Positions 1 to 8,747 are shown, counted from the stretch's first letter. The stretch is DNA of 46,641 nt from Legionellales bacterium (GCA_002721165.1 PBJS01000009.1:70124-116764), one strand, 5' to 3'. Numbers and translations: made by a program. Notes: generated from the letters alone by a model not told the origin.

Positions 1-80
1 AATAGTTTTGAAAGTGCTACGTCAAGACGTTTCCCATCAAGTTCTTTTGGTATAGCGATTTCTAATTCGATTTTTTTCAT
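1..80 (-). CDS. rluD: 23S rRNA pseudouridine synthase RluD, N-terminal fragment (runs off window edge)
   Basis: Manual translation of the reverse strand from ATG at 80 gives MKKIELEIAIPKELDGKRLDVALSKL (S4-domain G.RLD..L start). It is divergent from bamD, the usual rluD/bamD arrangement. Not in the ORF track because it is truncated. Confidence 0.85.
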   Translation of the reverse strand, partial: MKKIELEIAIPKELDGKRLDVALSKL

Positions 81-129
81 AATCTATCAAGCTTTGCTCT
101 TAATCTTTTATTAGGTTAACCTAGATACT

Positions 130-912
130 ATGCGTAATTTAATGTTTTTTTTAGTTATTTTTTTGTTAATCGGCTGTTCCTATTTTGAAGATAAAGAAGA
201 CCCGACAAAAGACTGGGATGCCGATCGCCTGTATGCTGAGGCAAAAGGCACTTTAGATCAGGGTAACTATACTCAGTCAGTTAAATTCTATCAGCAATTA
301 GAAGCCAGATATCCATTTGGCAAATATGCACAGCAGGCGCTTTTGGATCTGGCCTATAGCTATTTCAAAAACGAGGAACATGACGCTTCAATTGCAGCAT
401 GTAATCGCTTTATTAAATTGTATCCACAACATTTAAATGTGGATTATGCTTATTATTTAAAAGGCTTAGCAAATTTTAATAAAGGAAAAGCGACCGTACA
501 AAGATTTATTCCAAACGAGATTTCCGATGAGTCACAAAGAGATCCGGGTTCCGCATTTAGGGCATTTCAAAATTTTTCTGAACTAATTAAGAGGTTTCCT
601 GACAGTGAGTATATTGAAGATGCAGAGCAACGAATGCGACATTTAAGAAATAATCTTGCTGCAAATGAAGTTCATATCGCAACTTACTATATGCGTCGTG
701 GCGCATTTGTTGCCGCTGTAAACAGAGCAAGATATGTTGTTGAAAATTATGGCCGAACACCAGTTGTGCCGGAGGCCTTAGTTATTATGGCAAAGGCCTA
801 TCGTATACTTGAAATGGAAGACTTAGCAAAAGATGCAGTGAGAGTTTTAAAATTAAATTATCCGAATCATCCGGGGATTTACCAAGTCGAAGAGGAACTA
901 GAGATAAACTAA
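130..912 (+). CDS. bamD: Outer membrane protein assembly factor BamD (ComL/YfiO), lipoprotein
   Basis: Lipobox LIGC; TPR-like LEARYPFGKYAQQALLDLAYSY, FIKLYPQH..VDYAYYLKGL, YYMRRGAFVAAVNRA motifs; divergent from rluD. Confidence 0.95.
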   Translation: MRNLMFFLVIFLLIGCSYFEDKEDPTKDWDADRLYAEAKGTLDQGNYTQSVKFYQQLEARYPFGKYAQQALLDLAYSYFKNEEHDASIAACNRFIKLYPQHLNVDYAYYLKGLANFNKGKATVQRFIPNEISDESQRDPGSAFRAFQNFSELIKRFPDSEYIEDAEQRMRHLRNNLAANEVHIATYYMRRGAFVAAVNRARYVVENYGRTPVVPEALVIMAKAYRILEMEDLAKDAVRVLKLNYPNHPGIYQVEEELEIN

Positions 913-913
913 C

Positions 914-2551
914 CTACTTTTTTTCAATATAACCAGAGCTAATCGGATATCGCCTATCTTTACCAAATGCCCTTTCAGTTATTTTTATACCGGGCGCAGC
1001 TTGCCTACGTTTATATTCATTTTTATCTACAAGGCTAATAATTTCATAAACAATTTTTTTATCAAAACCATTTTTAATAATTTCTTCTGGGTGACGATCT
1101 AGCTCAATATACTGCTCAAGGATTGGGTCCAGTATTTCATAATCTGGAAGTGAATCTCGATCTAATTGGTTTTCACGTAATTCTGCAGTCGGCGGCCTAT
1201 TTATTATATTTTCGGGGATAACTTCTTGCTCTTTATTGCGCCATTTTGCTAGTTGGTATACTAATGTTTTCCACACATCTTTGAGTGGTGAGTACCCCCC
1301 AGCCATGTCCCCATACAGTGTGGCATAGCCCACAGACATCTCACTTTTATTTCCTGTTGCCAGAACAAGTTTGTTGTACTTATTCGATATTGCCATAAGT
1401 AGTACCCCTCTAACACGTGCCTGTATATTTTCTTCCGTTGTATCCATTGGTAATTTTTTGAAAATTGGTTCGAGCGATTGAAGAAAAGCCGAAAAAGGCG
1501 CTTCAATAGAAATTATTTTGTATTCTACTTTTAATTTTTCTGCTAATGCACGGGCATCATCGGTACTCATCTTTGATGTGTATCTAGATGGCATAATTAA
1601 TGCTTCTACATTTTTTGACCCTAGCGCATCTACTGCAATACACAATGTCAGCGCAGAATCTATACCTCCTGACAGTCCTACTACGACACCTTGAAAGTTA
1701 TTTTTTTCAACATAATCTTTAACACCCAATACTAGTCCTTTATAAATGATTTTTTCTTCTACTGAACATAAATTCTTTTCGTTTTTTAGTTCTTTTTTAT
1801 TTTCTACATTTTTAATATCTATATGGGTTTTATATAAACCCTCTTCAAATTCTGGTGCTTGAAAGATAATATTTCCTTTTTTATCAAATACCATTGAATT
1901 ACCATCGAAAATTAATTCATCTTGTCCTCCGACTAAATTAACATAGACAATAAACATACCTGACTCAGATGCTTTTTTTGAAATTACATTTTTACGTTCT
2001 AATTTTTTATTTTTATCAAATGGTGATGCATTTATATTAAATAATATTTTCGCATTTGCAGCAGCAGCTTCGGCAGTTGGTTTTTCAACCCATATATCTT
2101 CGCAAATTGTAAGTGCCGCTGTTACACCTTTTATTTCAAATGTGCATAAATCGTTTCCCGATGTAAAATATCGTTTTTCATCAAATACACTATAATTTGG
2201 TAAGTACTGTTTATAGTAAGTTTTTTTAATTTTTTTATCGTGAATAAGACTGCAGACATTATAAAGATTCTCATTTTGTATTAATGGATAACCCAAAATA
2301 ACATGAATATTTTTTGTTACTGCTTTTATTTTTTCTACTGCAATATTTATAGATTTATTAAATGCGGGCCTTAACAATAAATCTTCCGGTGGATATGAAC
2401 TGACGCAGAGCTCCGGGAAAACAATTACATCAGCATTGTTATCATCATTTACTTTTTTTATTGCCTCAATTATTTTTTTGGTATTATTTTCAATATCACC
2501 AACGGTGAAATTGAGTTGAGCGATAACTATGTGTATATCATGATCTGCCAT
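914..2551 (-). CDS. nadE: Glutamine-dependent NAD+ synthetase
   Basis: N-terminal nitrilase-like domain with E-K-C triad motifs (FPEL, YKQYLPNYSVFDEKRYF, ICEDIW) and C-terminal synthetase domain (GLSGGIDS, ENIQAR, TGNKSE, GYATLYGD, EYKRRQ). Confidence 0.96.
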   Translation of the reverse strand: MADHDIHIVIAQLNFTVGDIENNTKKIIEAIKKVNDDNNADVIVFPELCVSSYPPEDLLLRPAFNKSINIAVEKIKAVTKNIHVILGYPLIQNENLYNVCSLIHDKKIKKTYYKQYLPNYSVFDEKRYFTSGNDLCTFEIKGVTAALTICEDIWVEKPTAEAAAANAKILFNINASPFDKNKKLERKNVISKKASESGMFIVYVNLVGGQDELIFDGNSMVFDKKGNIIFQAPEFEEGLYKTHIDIKNVENKKELKNEKNLCSVEEKIIYKGLVLGVKDYVEKNNFQGVVVGLSGGIDSALTLCIAVDALGSKNVEALIMPSRYTSKMSTDDARALAEKLKVEYKIISIEAPFSAFLQSLEPIFKKLPMDTTEENIQARVRGVLLMAISNKYNKLVLATGNKSEMSVGYATLYGDMAGGYSPLKDVWKTLVYQLAKWRNKEQEVIPENIINRPPTAELRENQLDRDSLPDYEILDPILEQYIELDRHPEEIIKNGFDKKIVYEIISLVDKNEYKRRQAAPGIKITERAFGKDRRYPISSGYIEKK

Positions 2552-2685
2552 ATGATTATTTTCAGCTTTGATTGCAAAATATTAAATTAGTAATTACTTT
2601 CGCTTATTATAGTACTTTTTAGGGAGCCACCACCTCTGATTGTCGTGAGTAGCTGGTGATAATTTTTCATCGAACAAACTGTTCC

Positions 2686-2721
2686 CCTATAGCGATTTTC
2701 TTATAAAAAATAGGCTATAGG
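2686..2721. repeat. Inverted repeat in the nadE-pilin intergenic region
   Basis: CCTATAGC (2686-2693) and GCTATAGG (2714-2721) are exact reverse complements; the inner ATTTT/AAAAT extends the stem. Function unknown. Confidence 0.6.
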
Positions 2722-2752
2722 CATAAGCACCAATAATCTTCTCCCCAGGCTA

Positions 2753-2768
2753 CCCCCCCCTTTTTTTT
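2753..2768. repeat. Adjacent homopolymer tracts C8-T8
   Basis: Directly visible: CCCCCCCC (2753-2760) followed by TTTTTTTT (2761-2768), with another CCCC at 2743-2746. Confidence 0.85.
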
Positions 2769-2873
2769 GCTGATGGATATGGCTTTTAGTATATAAAGAT
2801 TTTGCTAATAATTTATAAAAATCAGATACTTATAGGCGTATTTATTTTTGGTTTGATTAAAATGTTCAGGGTA

Positions 2874-2901
2874 TTGCTTTTCTTACATAGGCACCTATAA
2901 T
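2874..2901 (+). promoter_or_regulatory. Putative sigma70 promoter of the pilin gene
   Basis: TTGCTT (2874-2879), 16-nt spacer, perfect TATAAT (2896-2901); strong SD-like AAGGAGAGG upstream of ATG 2984. The -35 match is only partial. Confidence 0.45.
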
Positions 2902-2983
2902 TTGAGCACAAGAAAACCTAAATTTTTTAGCGCTAGGTATTGCAGTCTATAACAAACAGATTTTTTTGAAGGAGAGGTAGGGT

Positions 2984-3490
2984 ATGAAAACTCAACAAGG
3001 TTTTACATTAATAGAATTGATGATTGTTGTTGCAATTATTGGTATTTTGGCGGCAGTAGCCATTCCATCATACAACGATTACACAGCAAGGGCACAAGTT
3101 ACAGAGGCGGTCAATCTGACGAGTGGTTTGAAGACTTGTGCTGCAGAAAGGATTTCTGACAGAGGTGATGCACCAAGTTTACTTGACTGCGGCTATGATG
3201 CCGCGCTGGGTGCAGCTGCCACAATTTCACAGAATGACGCTGGTCAGTATGTGGATACTATAGCTTGTCCACAATGTGGTGCAGCTGCCGCCATTAATGC
3301 GGCTAACCCGTTAGTCATCACGGCGACTTTTAAAGGCGTTGGTGCTTCTACAGATCTTCAAGGTACAATCTTTGGTATTGGTACTGAGGATGGTAACGTC
3401 TGGACTTGCGGTACAATAGACCTAGCAGGTGGTACTGCTTTGGGCACAACTGTTCCTGTGAGGTTATTACCCTCAGCATGTAAACCATAA
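2984..3490 (+). CDS. pilA: Type IVa major pilin
   Basis: Short prepilin leader [30 protein letters not shown] with G(-1), F(+1), E(+5); Y.DY..RAQV.EA helix; C-terminal WTC...C disulfide loop. Strong RBS and own terminator fit a highly expressed major pilin. Confidence 0.92.
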   Translation: MKTQQGFTLIELMIVVAIIGILAAVAIPSYNDYTARAQVTEAVNLTSGLKTCAAERISDRGDAPSLLDCGYDAALGAAATISQNDAGQYVDTIACPQCGAAAAINAANPLVITATFKGVGASTDLQGTIFGIGTEDGNVWTCGTIDLAGGTALGTTVPVRLLPSACKP

Positions 3491-3514
3491 ATTTTTAGTT
3501 AAGTTTTGTAAAAC

Positions 3515-3547
3515 AAAAAAAGGCCATATTTTTATGGCCTTTTTTTT
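3515..3547. terminator. Bidirectional intrinsic terminator between pilA and suhB
   Basis: A7-GGCCAT-loop(ATTTTT)-ATGGCC-T8: GC-containing stem flanked by A and T runs, between two convergent genes. Confidence 0.88.
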
Positions 3548-3579
3548 GGGACCTCGTGTAGATGAATAGTTGTTTGAAC

Positions 3580-4353
3580 CTACTTGGATAATACTTTTAA
3601 CATTGCTTTGATCATTTTCGGGTTTGCCGAAATAATATTACCCGTTTTCATATAATCAGCTCCGCCGGTAAGTTCTGCATTTATGCCCCCCGCCTCTTGT
3701 ATTATCAGCGCTCCTGCTGCAATGTCCCAGGGCCTTAAATTAAATTCCCAAAAACCATCAAGTCGCCCACATGCAACATAAGCTAAATCTAGTGATGCCA
3801 CACCAGCTCTTCTTATACCGGCTACATTCGGGAATAGGTTCTTGTAACTTTCAATAAACTGTTGCATCACGCTTTCGTTATTGTAGGGAAAGCCCGTGCC
3901 AAGTAGCGCTCCATCAAGTGTATTTTTAATACTTACCCTAATTTTTCTATTATTAAGTTGAGCACCCTTTCCTTTTGATGCAGTAAAAAGTTCCTGTTTT
4001 AAAGGATCGTAGATGACAGCCTGCTCGAGAACCCCTTTATTTTGTAATGCAATTGAAACCGAAAAATGAGGGAATCCATGTAGAAAATTTGTAGTGCCAT
4101 CAAGCGGGTCAATAATCCATAGATAATCATTTTCACCTTCTTGGCCTGATTCCTCTGCCAAAAAAGCATGTTCAGGATAAGCGTTTTTAATAACACTGAT
4201 AATAATTCCTTCTGCATTTTTGTCGACCTCCGTGACAAAATCATTTTTACCCTTAGTTTCAATTGATATATCACGTGTACGATCCATTTCACGTACAATA
4301 GAATCACCCGCAGTTCTAGCTGCGCGAATAGCTATATTGAGCATGGGGTGCAT
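3580..4353 (-). CDS. suhB: Inositol monophosphatase / Nus factor SuhB
   Basis: MHPMLNIAIRAAR start, DFVTEVD, WIIDPLDGTTNFLHG, RRAGVASLDLAYVACGRLDGFWE, WDIAAG; divergent from trmJ. Confidence 0.96.
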   Translation of the reverse strand: MHPMLNIAIRAARTAGDSIVREMDRTRDISIETKGKNDFVTEVDKNAEGIIISVIKNAYPEHAFLAEESGQEGENDYLWIIDPLDGTTNFLHGFPHFSVSIALQNKGVLEQAVIYDPLKQELFTASKGKGAQLNNRKIRVSIKNTLDGALLGTGFPYNNESVMQQFIESYKNLFPNVAGIRRAGVASLDLAYVACGRLDGFWEFNLRPWDIAAGALIIQEAGGINAELTGGADYMKTGNIISANPKMIKAMLKVLSK

Positions 4354-4420
4354 AATAGTTCTCCGAAAGGCTAAAAACTTATTCTACGTTGTTGGCAATA
4401 ATGAGTGAAGTAATACCGTA

Positions 4421-5152
4421 ATGGATAGTATTTTTGATAAAGTAAATATTGTTTTAGTTGGGACAACACACCCAGGCAACATCGGGGCAACAGCGCGCGC
4501 TATGAAAACGATGAATCATCGAAATCTACGTCTTGTAAACCCATTAGAATTTCCTTCTGCTGAGGCAAGTTCGAGGGCAGCAGGTGCTGATGATGTGCTC
4601 GCCGAATGCCGACAATTTTCAAGTTTAGAAGATGCCATAAAAGATTGCGATTTAGTAATCGGGACCAGTGCACGCGTTAGAGGCATACCTTGGCCTATGA
4701 TCCTTCCGCGTGACTGTGCAAAAAAGATTTCCGAAGAAACCTATTCTTCTGTTGCTATTGTTTTTGGAAAAGAAAGTTCAGGACTGTCAAATGAAGAATT
4801 ACAATTATGTAATATGGTATTAAAGATACCTACTAATTCGCAATACAATTCACTTAATTTAGCCGCTGCGGTTCAAATCATATGTTATGAAATATATTTA
4901 CTCATAACTAATCTTGATAGCATAGAATATAAACAAAATGAAGTAGCATTTATTAATCAGGATAAGATGGAACAATTTTATAAGCATTTAGAAGAATGTT
5001 TTGTTCAGATTGATTTTCATGACATTAATAATCCAAAAAAATTAATGCATAGAATCCGTCGATTATTTAATCGTGCTCAGTTATATGAGAGCGAATGGAA
5101 AATACTGCGCGGTTTTATATCAAAAATTCAGGAAAAAGTGAAAAAAAAGTAA
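4421..5152 (+). CDS. trmJ: tRNA (C32/U32) 2'-O-methyltransferase TrmJ
   Basis: SPOUT motifs VLVGTTHPGNIGATARAMKTM, FGKESSGLSNEEL, SLNLAAAVQIICYE, C-terminal LRGF; usual neighbour of suhB. Confidence 0.93.
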   Translation: MDSIFDKVNIVLVGTTHPGNIGATARAMKTMNHRNLRLVNPLEFPSAEASSRAAGADDVLAECRQFSSLEDAIKDCDLVIGTSARVRGIPWPMILPRDCAKKISEETYSSVAIVFGKESSGLSNEELQLCNMVLKIPTNSQYNSLNLAAAVQIICYEIYLLITNLDSIEYKQNEVAFINQDKMEQFYKHLEECFVQIDFHDINNPKKLMHRIRRLFNRAQLYESEWKILRGFISKIQEKVKKK

Positions 5153-5195
5153 TAATTACTTCGTTAATCTTGAGATGATATTTTATAATTAGAAA

Positions 5196-6158
5196 ATGAT
5201 TGAAAATCAAAATAAAGAATTATTGACCATCATATCCCCTGCGTATAACGAGGCAGAAAATCTTGATGAGTTATATTCAAGAATATTGAATGCGACAGAA
5301 AATTTAAATCTGGAGATAGAAATTATTTATGTCAATGATGGCAGTAACGATAACACCATTGAGGTTATTAATAGGCAAAGCGAAAATGATGGTCGCATTA
5401 CTGTTATAGATTTAAGTAGAAATTTTGGAAAGGAAATAGCACTAACAGCAGGATTAGACCATGCATCTGGTGATGCCGTCATTGTTATTGACAGTGATTT
5501 ACAAGACCCTCCCGAAGTAATACCACAGTTAGTTGAAAAATGGCGTGATGGTAATGATGTTGTCAATGCTAAACGTATAAAGAGAAAGGGCGAAGGTCTA
5601 TTAAAGAAAATAACATCGTATACTTACTATCGATTATTATTTCATCTCAGCGATATAAAAATTCCTATGGATACCGGCGATTTTCGATTATTAAATAGAA
5701 ATGCGCTTAATGCGGTGTTGAAATTAAGAGAAAAACATCGCTATATGAAGGGATTATTTGCATGGGTTGGTTTTAAACAACAAGAAATACAATATGAGAG
5801 AGAAGCGCGATATAAGGGTAAAACTAAATGGAGTTTTTTCGGTTTGTTTAATCTAGCTTTTGACGGGCTTACTTCATTCTCTATCCTGCCATTACGATTA
5901 GCATCAACTGTTGGTTTTCTATCAGCATTATTTGGTTTTTTTTATGGAGCTACGATCGTTATTAAAAAAGTATTCTTTCATGAGCCAGTCGTTGGTTTCA
6001 CATCACTGGTTGTACTAATAACTTTTTTTGGCGGTATTCAATTACTTTCCATTGGTATTATTGGTGAATATATAGGAAGAATCTTTAATGAAACAAAAAA
6101 CAGACCTCTTTATATTGTTAAGAACATAAAAGAGTCTGTCTTTTCCAATAAGTCATAA
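5196..6158 (+). CDS. GtrB/YfdH-like GT2 polyprenyl-phosphate glycosyltransferase
   Basis: ISPAYNEAEN, VNDGS.DNT, SRNFGKEIALTAGLDHASGD, IDSDLQDPP (DxD), TGDFRL, two C-terminal hydrophobic helices then GEYIGRIF.ETK.RP.Y. Confidence 0.88.
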   Translation: MIENQNKELLTIISPAYNEAENLDELYSRILNATENLNLEIEIIYVNDGSNDNTIEVINRQSENDGRITVIDLSRNFGKEIALTAGLDHASGDAVIVIDSDLQDPPEVIPQLVEKWRDGNDVVNAKRIKRKGEGLLKKITSYTYYRLLFHLSDIKIPMDTGDFRLLNRNALNAVLKLREKHRYMKGLFAWVGFKQQEIQYEREARYKGKTKWSFFGLFNLAFDGLTSFSILPLRLASTVGFLSALFGFFYGATIVIKKVFFHEPVVGFTSLVVLITFFGGIQLLSIGIIGEYIGRIFNETKNRPLYIVKNIKESVFSNKS

Positions 6159-6201
6159 TATAAACTGATTTACATTGTATAAATTATTCAGTTAAAAAAT
6201 A

Positions 6202-7677
6202 ATGAGCATCCCAGAAAAAAATTGGTTTTTTTTCGCATTCTTAATTTATTCAGTAGTCGCTTGGTTTAGCGTCGGCCACTATCATGATGATGAGTACTAC
6301 CAGATATTAGATTTTGCTGCGTATAAGCTTGGCTTTGAAATGCAAAATACAGTTATGTGGGAATATAAGGAGGGCGTGAGAAGTGGTTTGCAACCCTTTA
6401 TTGCTTATGTAATTGCTAAAGGATTAACTTTTATTGATGTAACGTCTCCATTTATATGGGCTTTTTATCTGCGTTTAATTAGTTTAATTATTTCTTTTAT
6501 TTCTGTGTTTGCTTTTTTCCAGATTATTAAAAGGGATATAAAAACTGATAGAACCCAAGCTTTAGTTCTTTTCTTTCTTTTATTCTCCTGGATATTAGTG
6601 TTTTTAAATGTACGCTTTTCATCGGAAGGTTGGGCTACATCATTATTTATACTTGCTTATGCGCTATATTTTTTTCAAGAATCTGAAAAAACAAAAAAAT
6701 ATTTTTTTATCGGGATGCTGTTAGGCTTGGCGTTTTTGTCGAGATACCAAATAGGCTTCTTTATTCTTGGTTTTGGTATGTGGTTGTTATTACAAAAAAG
6801 TGAAAAAATTTCAAATATTTGGCTGATAATTTTAGGCTTTATTGCCTCGTTATCCATTGGTATTCTTTTAGATTACTGGCTCTACGGGAAACTAACATTA
6901 AGTTCTTGGAATTATTTTGAATGGCACATAATAAAAGGTTCCATAGATAATATTACTGAACCTTGGTGGTTTTATATTTACTACTCGATGGTTCAACTTA
7001 TACCTCCAATTACTCTATTTGTACCGCTTATCATTGCTGTCTTCTGGATATTATTCCCACGCCACCCCATAACATGGATAACTATACCTTTTATTCTATT
7101 TCATCATTATTTTGGGCATAAAGAGATGAGATATTTATTTCCTGTTATACCATTTCTTCCAATTATGTTTGCTATGTCAATCGAGGATCTTATAAAACGG
7201 TTTAAGTATTTAAATAAAAATATTTTTAAGTATTTATGTCAATCTGTCATCTATATTTCAGTATTTGTTAACATAATATTGGTTCTTTTGACTATTACTT
7301 TACCTGCTAGTAAGGAAGTTGCCCTTTGGCAAAATTGTTTTTCTAAAAATATTTCCAGCGAATCAGTGTTATTGACATATGATCCTGACGGGTCTGGTTC
7401 TACAACTGGCGAATTAGAATTAGATTTTTACAATGTGAATGATGTACCAATAATTTCGGTAAGTGATGAGGAGGAAATTTTTACAAAAAAAATTGAATTT
7501 CCTGATAAACAATTATTTTATGCTGCCAGAAAAAAAGGAAGAGCACCTGAACTTGCTAGTAAGGGAATTTCGAATCAGTTGATATGTCAGGGACTACCTG
7601 AATGGATTTTAAAATTTAATATAAATAATTGGACTTCCCGAGCAAGTATTTGGCAAATTTGGGAAATTAAGAAATAA
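6202..7677 (+). CDS. Multi-pass membrane glycosyltransferase, GT-C fold, resembling the PIG-B/ALG9 (GT22) family
   Basis: About 10 hydrophobic segments; first-loop acidic motif HDDEYYQ followed by WEY...RS; later PWWFY and HKEMRYLFP, which I recall as matching the HKE.RF..P motif of ALG9/PIG-B; C-terminal soluble tail. Family call from recalled motifs. Confidence 0.7.
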   Translation: MSIPEKNWFFFAFLIYSVVAWFSVGHYHDDEYYQILDFAAYKLGFEMQNTVMWEYKEGVRSGLQPFIAYVIAKGLTFIDVTSPFIWAFYLRLISLIISFISVFAFFQIIKRDIKTDRTQALVLFFLLFSWILVFLNVRFSSEGWATSLFILAYALYFFQESEKTKKYFFIGMLLGLAFLSRYQIGFFILGFGMWLLLQKSEKISNIWLIILGFIASLSIGILLDYWLYGKLTLSSWNYFEWHIIKGSIDNITEPWWFYIYYSMVQLIPPITLFVPLIIAVFWILFPRHPITWITIPFILFHHYFGHKEMRYLFPVIPFLPIMFAMSIEDLIKRFKYLNKNIFKYLCQSVIYISVFVNIILVLLTITLPASKEVALWQNCFSKNISSESVLLTYDPDGSGSTTGELELDFYNVNDVPIISVSDEEEIFTKKIEFPDKQLFYAARKKGRAPELASKGISNQLICQGLPEWILKFNINNWTSRASIWQIWEIKK

Positions 7678-7703
7678 TTTTTTAATATTTTCCTATTCTG
7701 TGA

Positions 7704-8747
7704 TTACTTAAGCTGCACTTTTGATTTCTTATTATTTTCTACGACTTCACCAATCAACCAAGCAGTCTCACCATTGTCATTAAGATAATTGATAATTTTT
7801 TCTGCATTGTTTTGTTCAACACATAATACTAAGCCAACTCCACAATTAAATGTTTTGAACATTTCATATGAATCAATCCCTCCTTTCTCGCTTATCCAAT
7901 TAAATACTGAGGGAATTGCCCATGTATCTGTGTTAATTATTACTGATAAATCTTTTGGTATAGCCCTTGGTATGTTATCAATCAAACCACCGCCTGTTAT
8001 ATGTGAGATTGATTTGATAGGCGCATATTCAAGCAGGCTTAAGATTTGCTTTGCGTAAATTCGAGTTGGGGCGAGTAAATGCTCTAAGAGTTTCTTGTTA
8101 TCTAGGCTTTGAGCTAAATCAGAGTTAGTATCTTTTATAATTTTTCTTATCAGGGAATATCCGTTAGCGTGGCAGCCACTAGATGCGAGAGCAATTAATG
8201 CATCACCAGCTTTCACATTCTCTCCCGTAATCAGCTGATCCTTCTCAACAACACCCACACAAAATCCAGCCAGATCATAATCTTGCTCCCCATACATTCC
8301 AGGCATTTCAGCGGTTTCACCGCCGATCAGACTACATCCGGCCTGCGAACAACCCACATTTATACCGCTTATAACTGTCTCAGCAATATCGATATCGAGT
8401 TTAGAGCAGGCAAAATAATCGAGAAAAAATAACGGTTTTGCACCTTGTACAATTACATCATTTACACACATAGCAACTAAATCGATGCCAATTGTGTTAT
8501 GTAAATTGTTTTCGATGGCAAGTTTAATCTTTGTTCCAACGCCATCCGTTCCTGATACGAGTACTGGTTCTTTATAATTCAAAGAACTAAGATCAAATAA
8601 CCCTCCAAAGCCACCAAGTCCTCCAATAACACCTTTTTGATTAGTATCATTGACTATTCTTTTAAGTCGCTGAACCAATTCATTACCTTTTTCGACATCA
8701 ACCCCTGCATCGCGGTAATTAATCTTTTCATTAGTGTGATTACTCAT
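7704..8747 (-). CDS. purM: Phosphoribosylformylglycinamidine cyclo-ligase
   Basis: YRDAGVD, GGLGGFGGLF, SGTDGVGTK, DLVAMCVND, GGETAEMPG, HITGGG, TFNCGVG motifs. Confidence 0.97.
   Translation of the reverse strand: MSNHTNEKINYRDAGVDVEKGNELVQRLKRIVNDTNQKGVIGGLGGFGGLFDLSSLNYKEPVLVSGTDGVGTKIKLAIENNLHNTIGIDLVAMCVNDVIVQGAKPLFFLDYFACSKLDIDIAETVISGINVGCSQAGCSLIGGETAEMPGMYGEQDYDLAGFCVGVVEKDQLITGENVKAGDALIALASSGCHANGYSLIRKIIKDTNSDLAQSLDNKKLLEHLLAPTRIYAKQILSLLEYAPIKSISHITGGGLIDNIPRAIPKDLSVIINTDTWAIPSVFNWISEKGGIDSYEMFKTFNCGVGLVLCVEQNNAEKIINYLNDNGETAWLIGEVVENNKKSKVQLK

Noticed and set aside
2627-2660. Chi-like sequences (GGTGGTGG on the minus strand; GCTGGTGA)
   Set aside because: Single or imperfect occurrences, and the Chi motif of this organism is unknown.
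2889-2907. Canonical sigma54 promoter for pilA
   Set aside because: GG at 2890-2891 is not followed by GC at the required spacing (2902-2903 read TT); only the -24 half matches.
2984-3490. Electrically conductive (e-pilus) pilin
   Set aside because: Full-length globular pilin with few aromatic residues, unlike the short aromatic-rich e-pilins.
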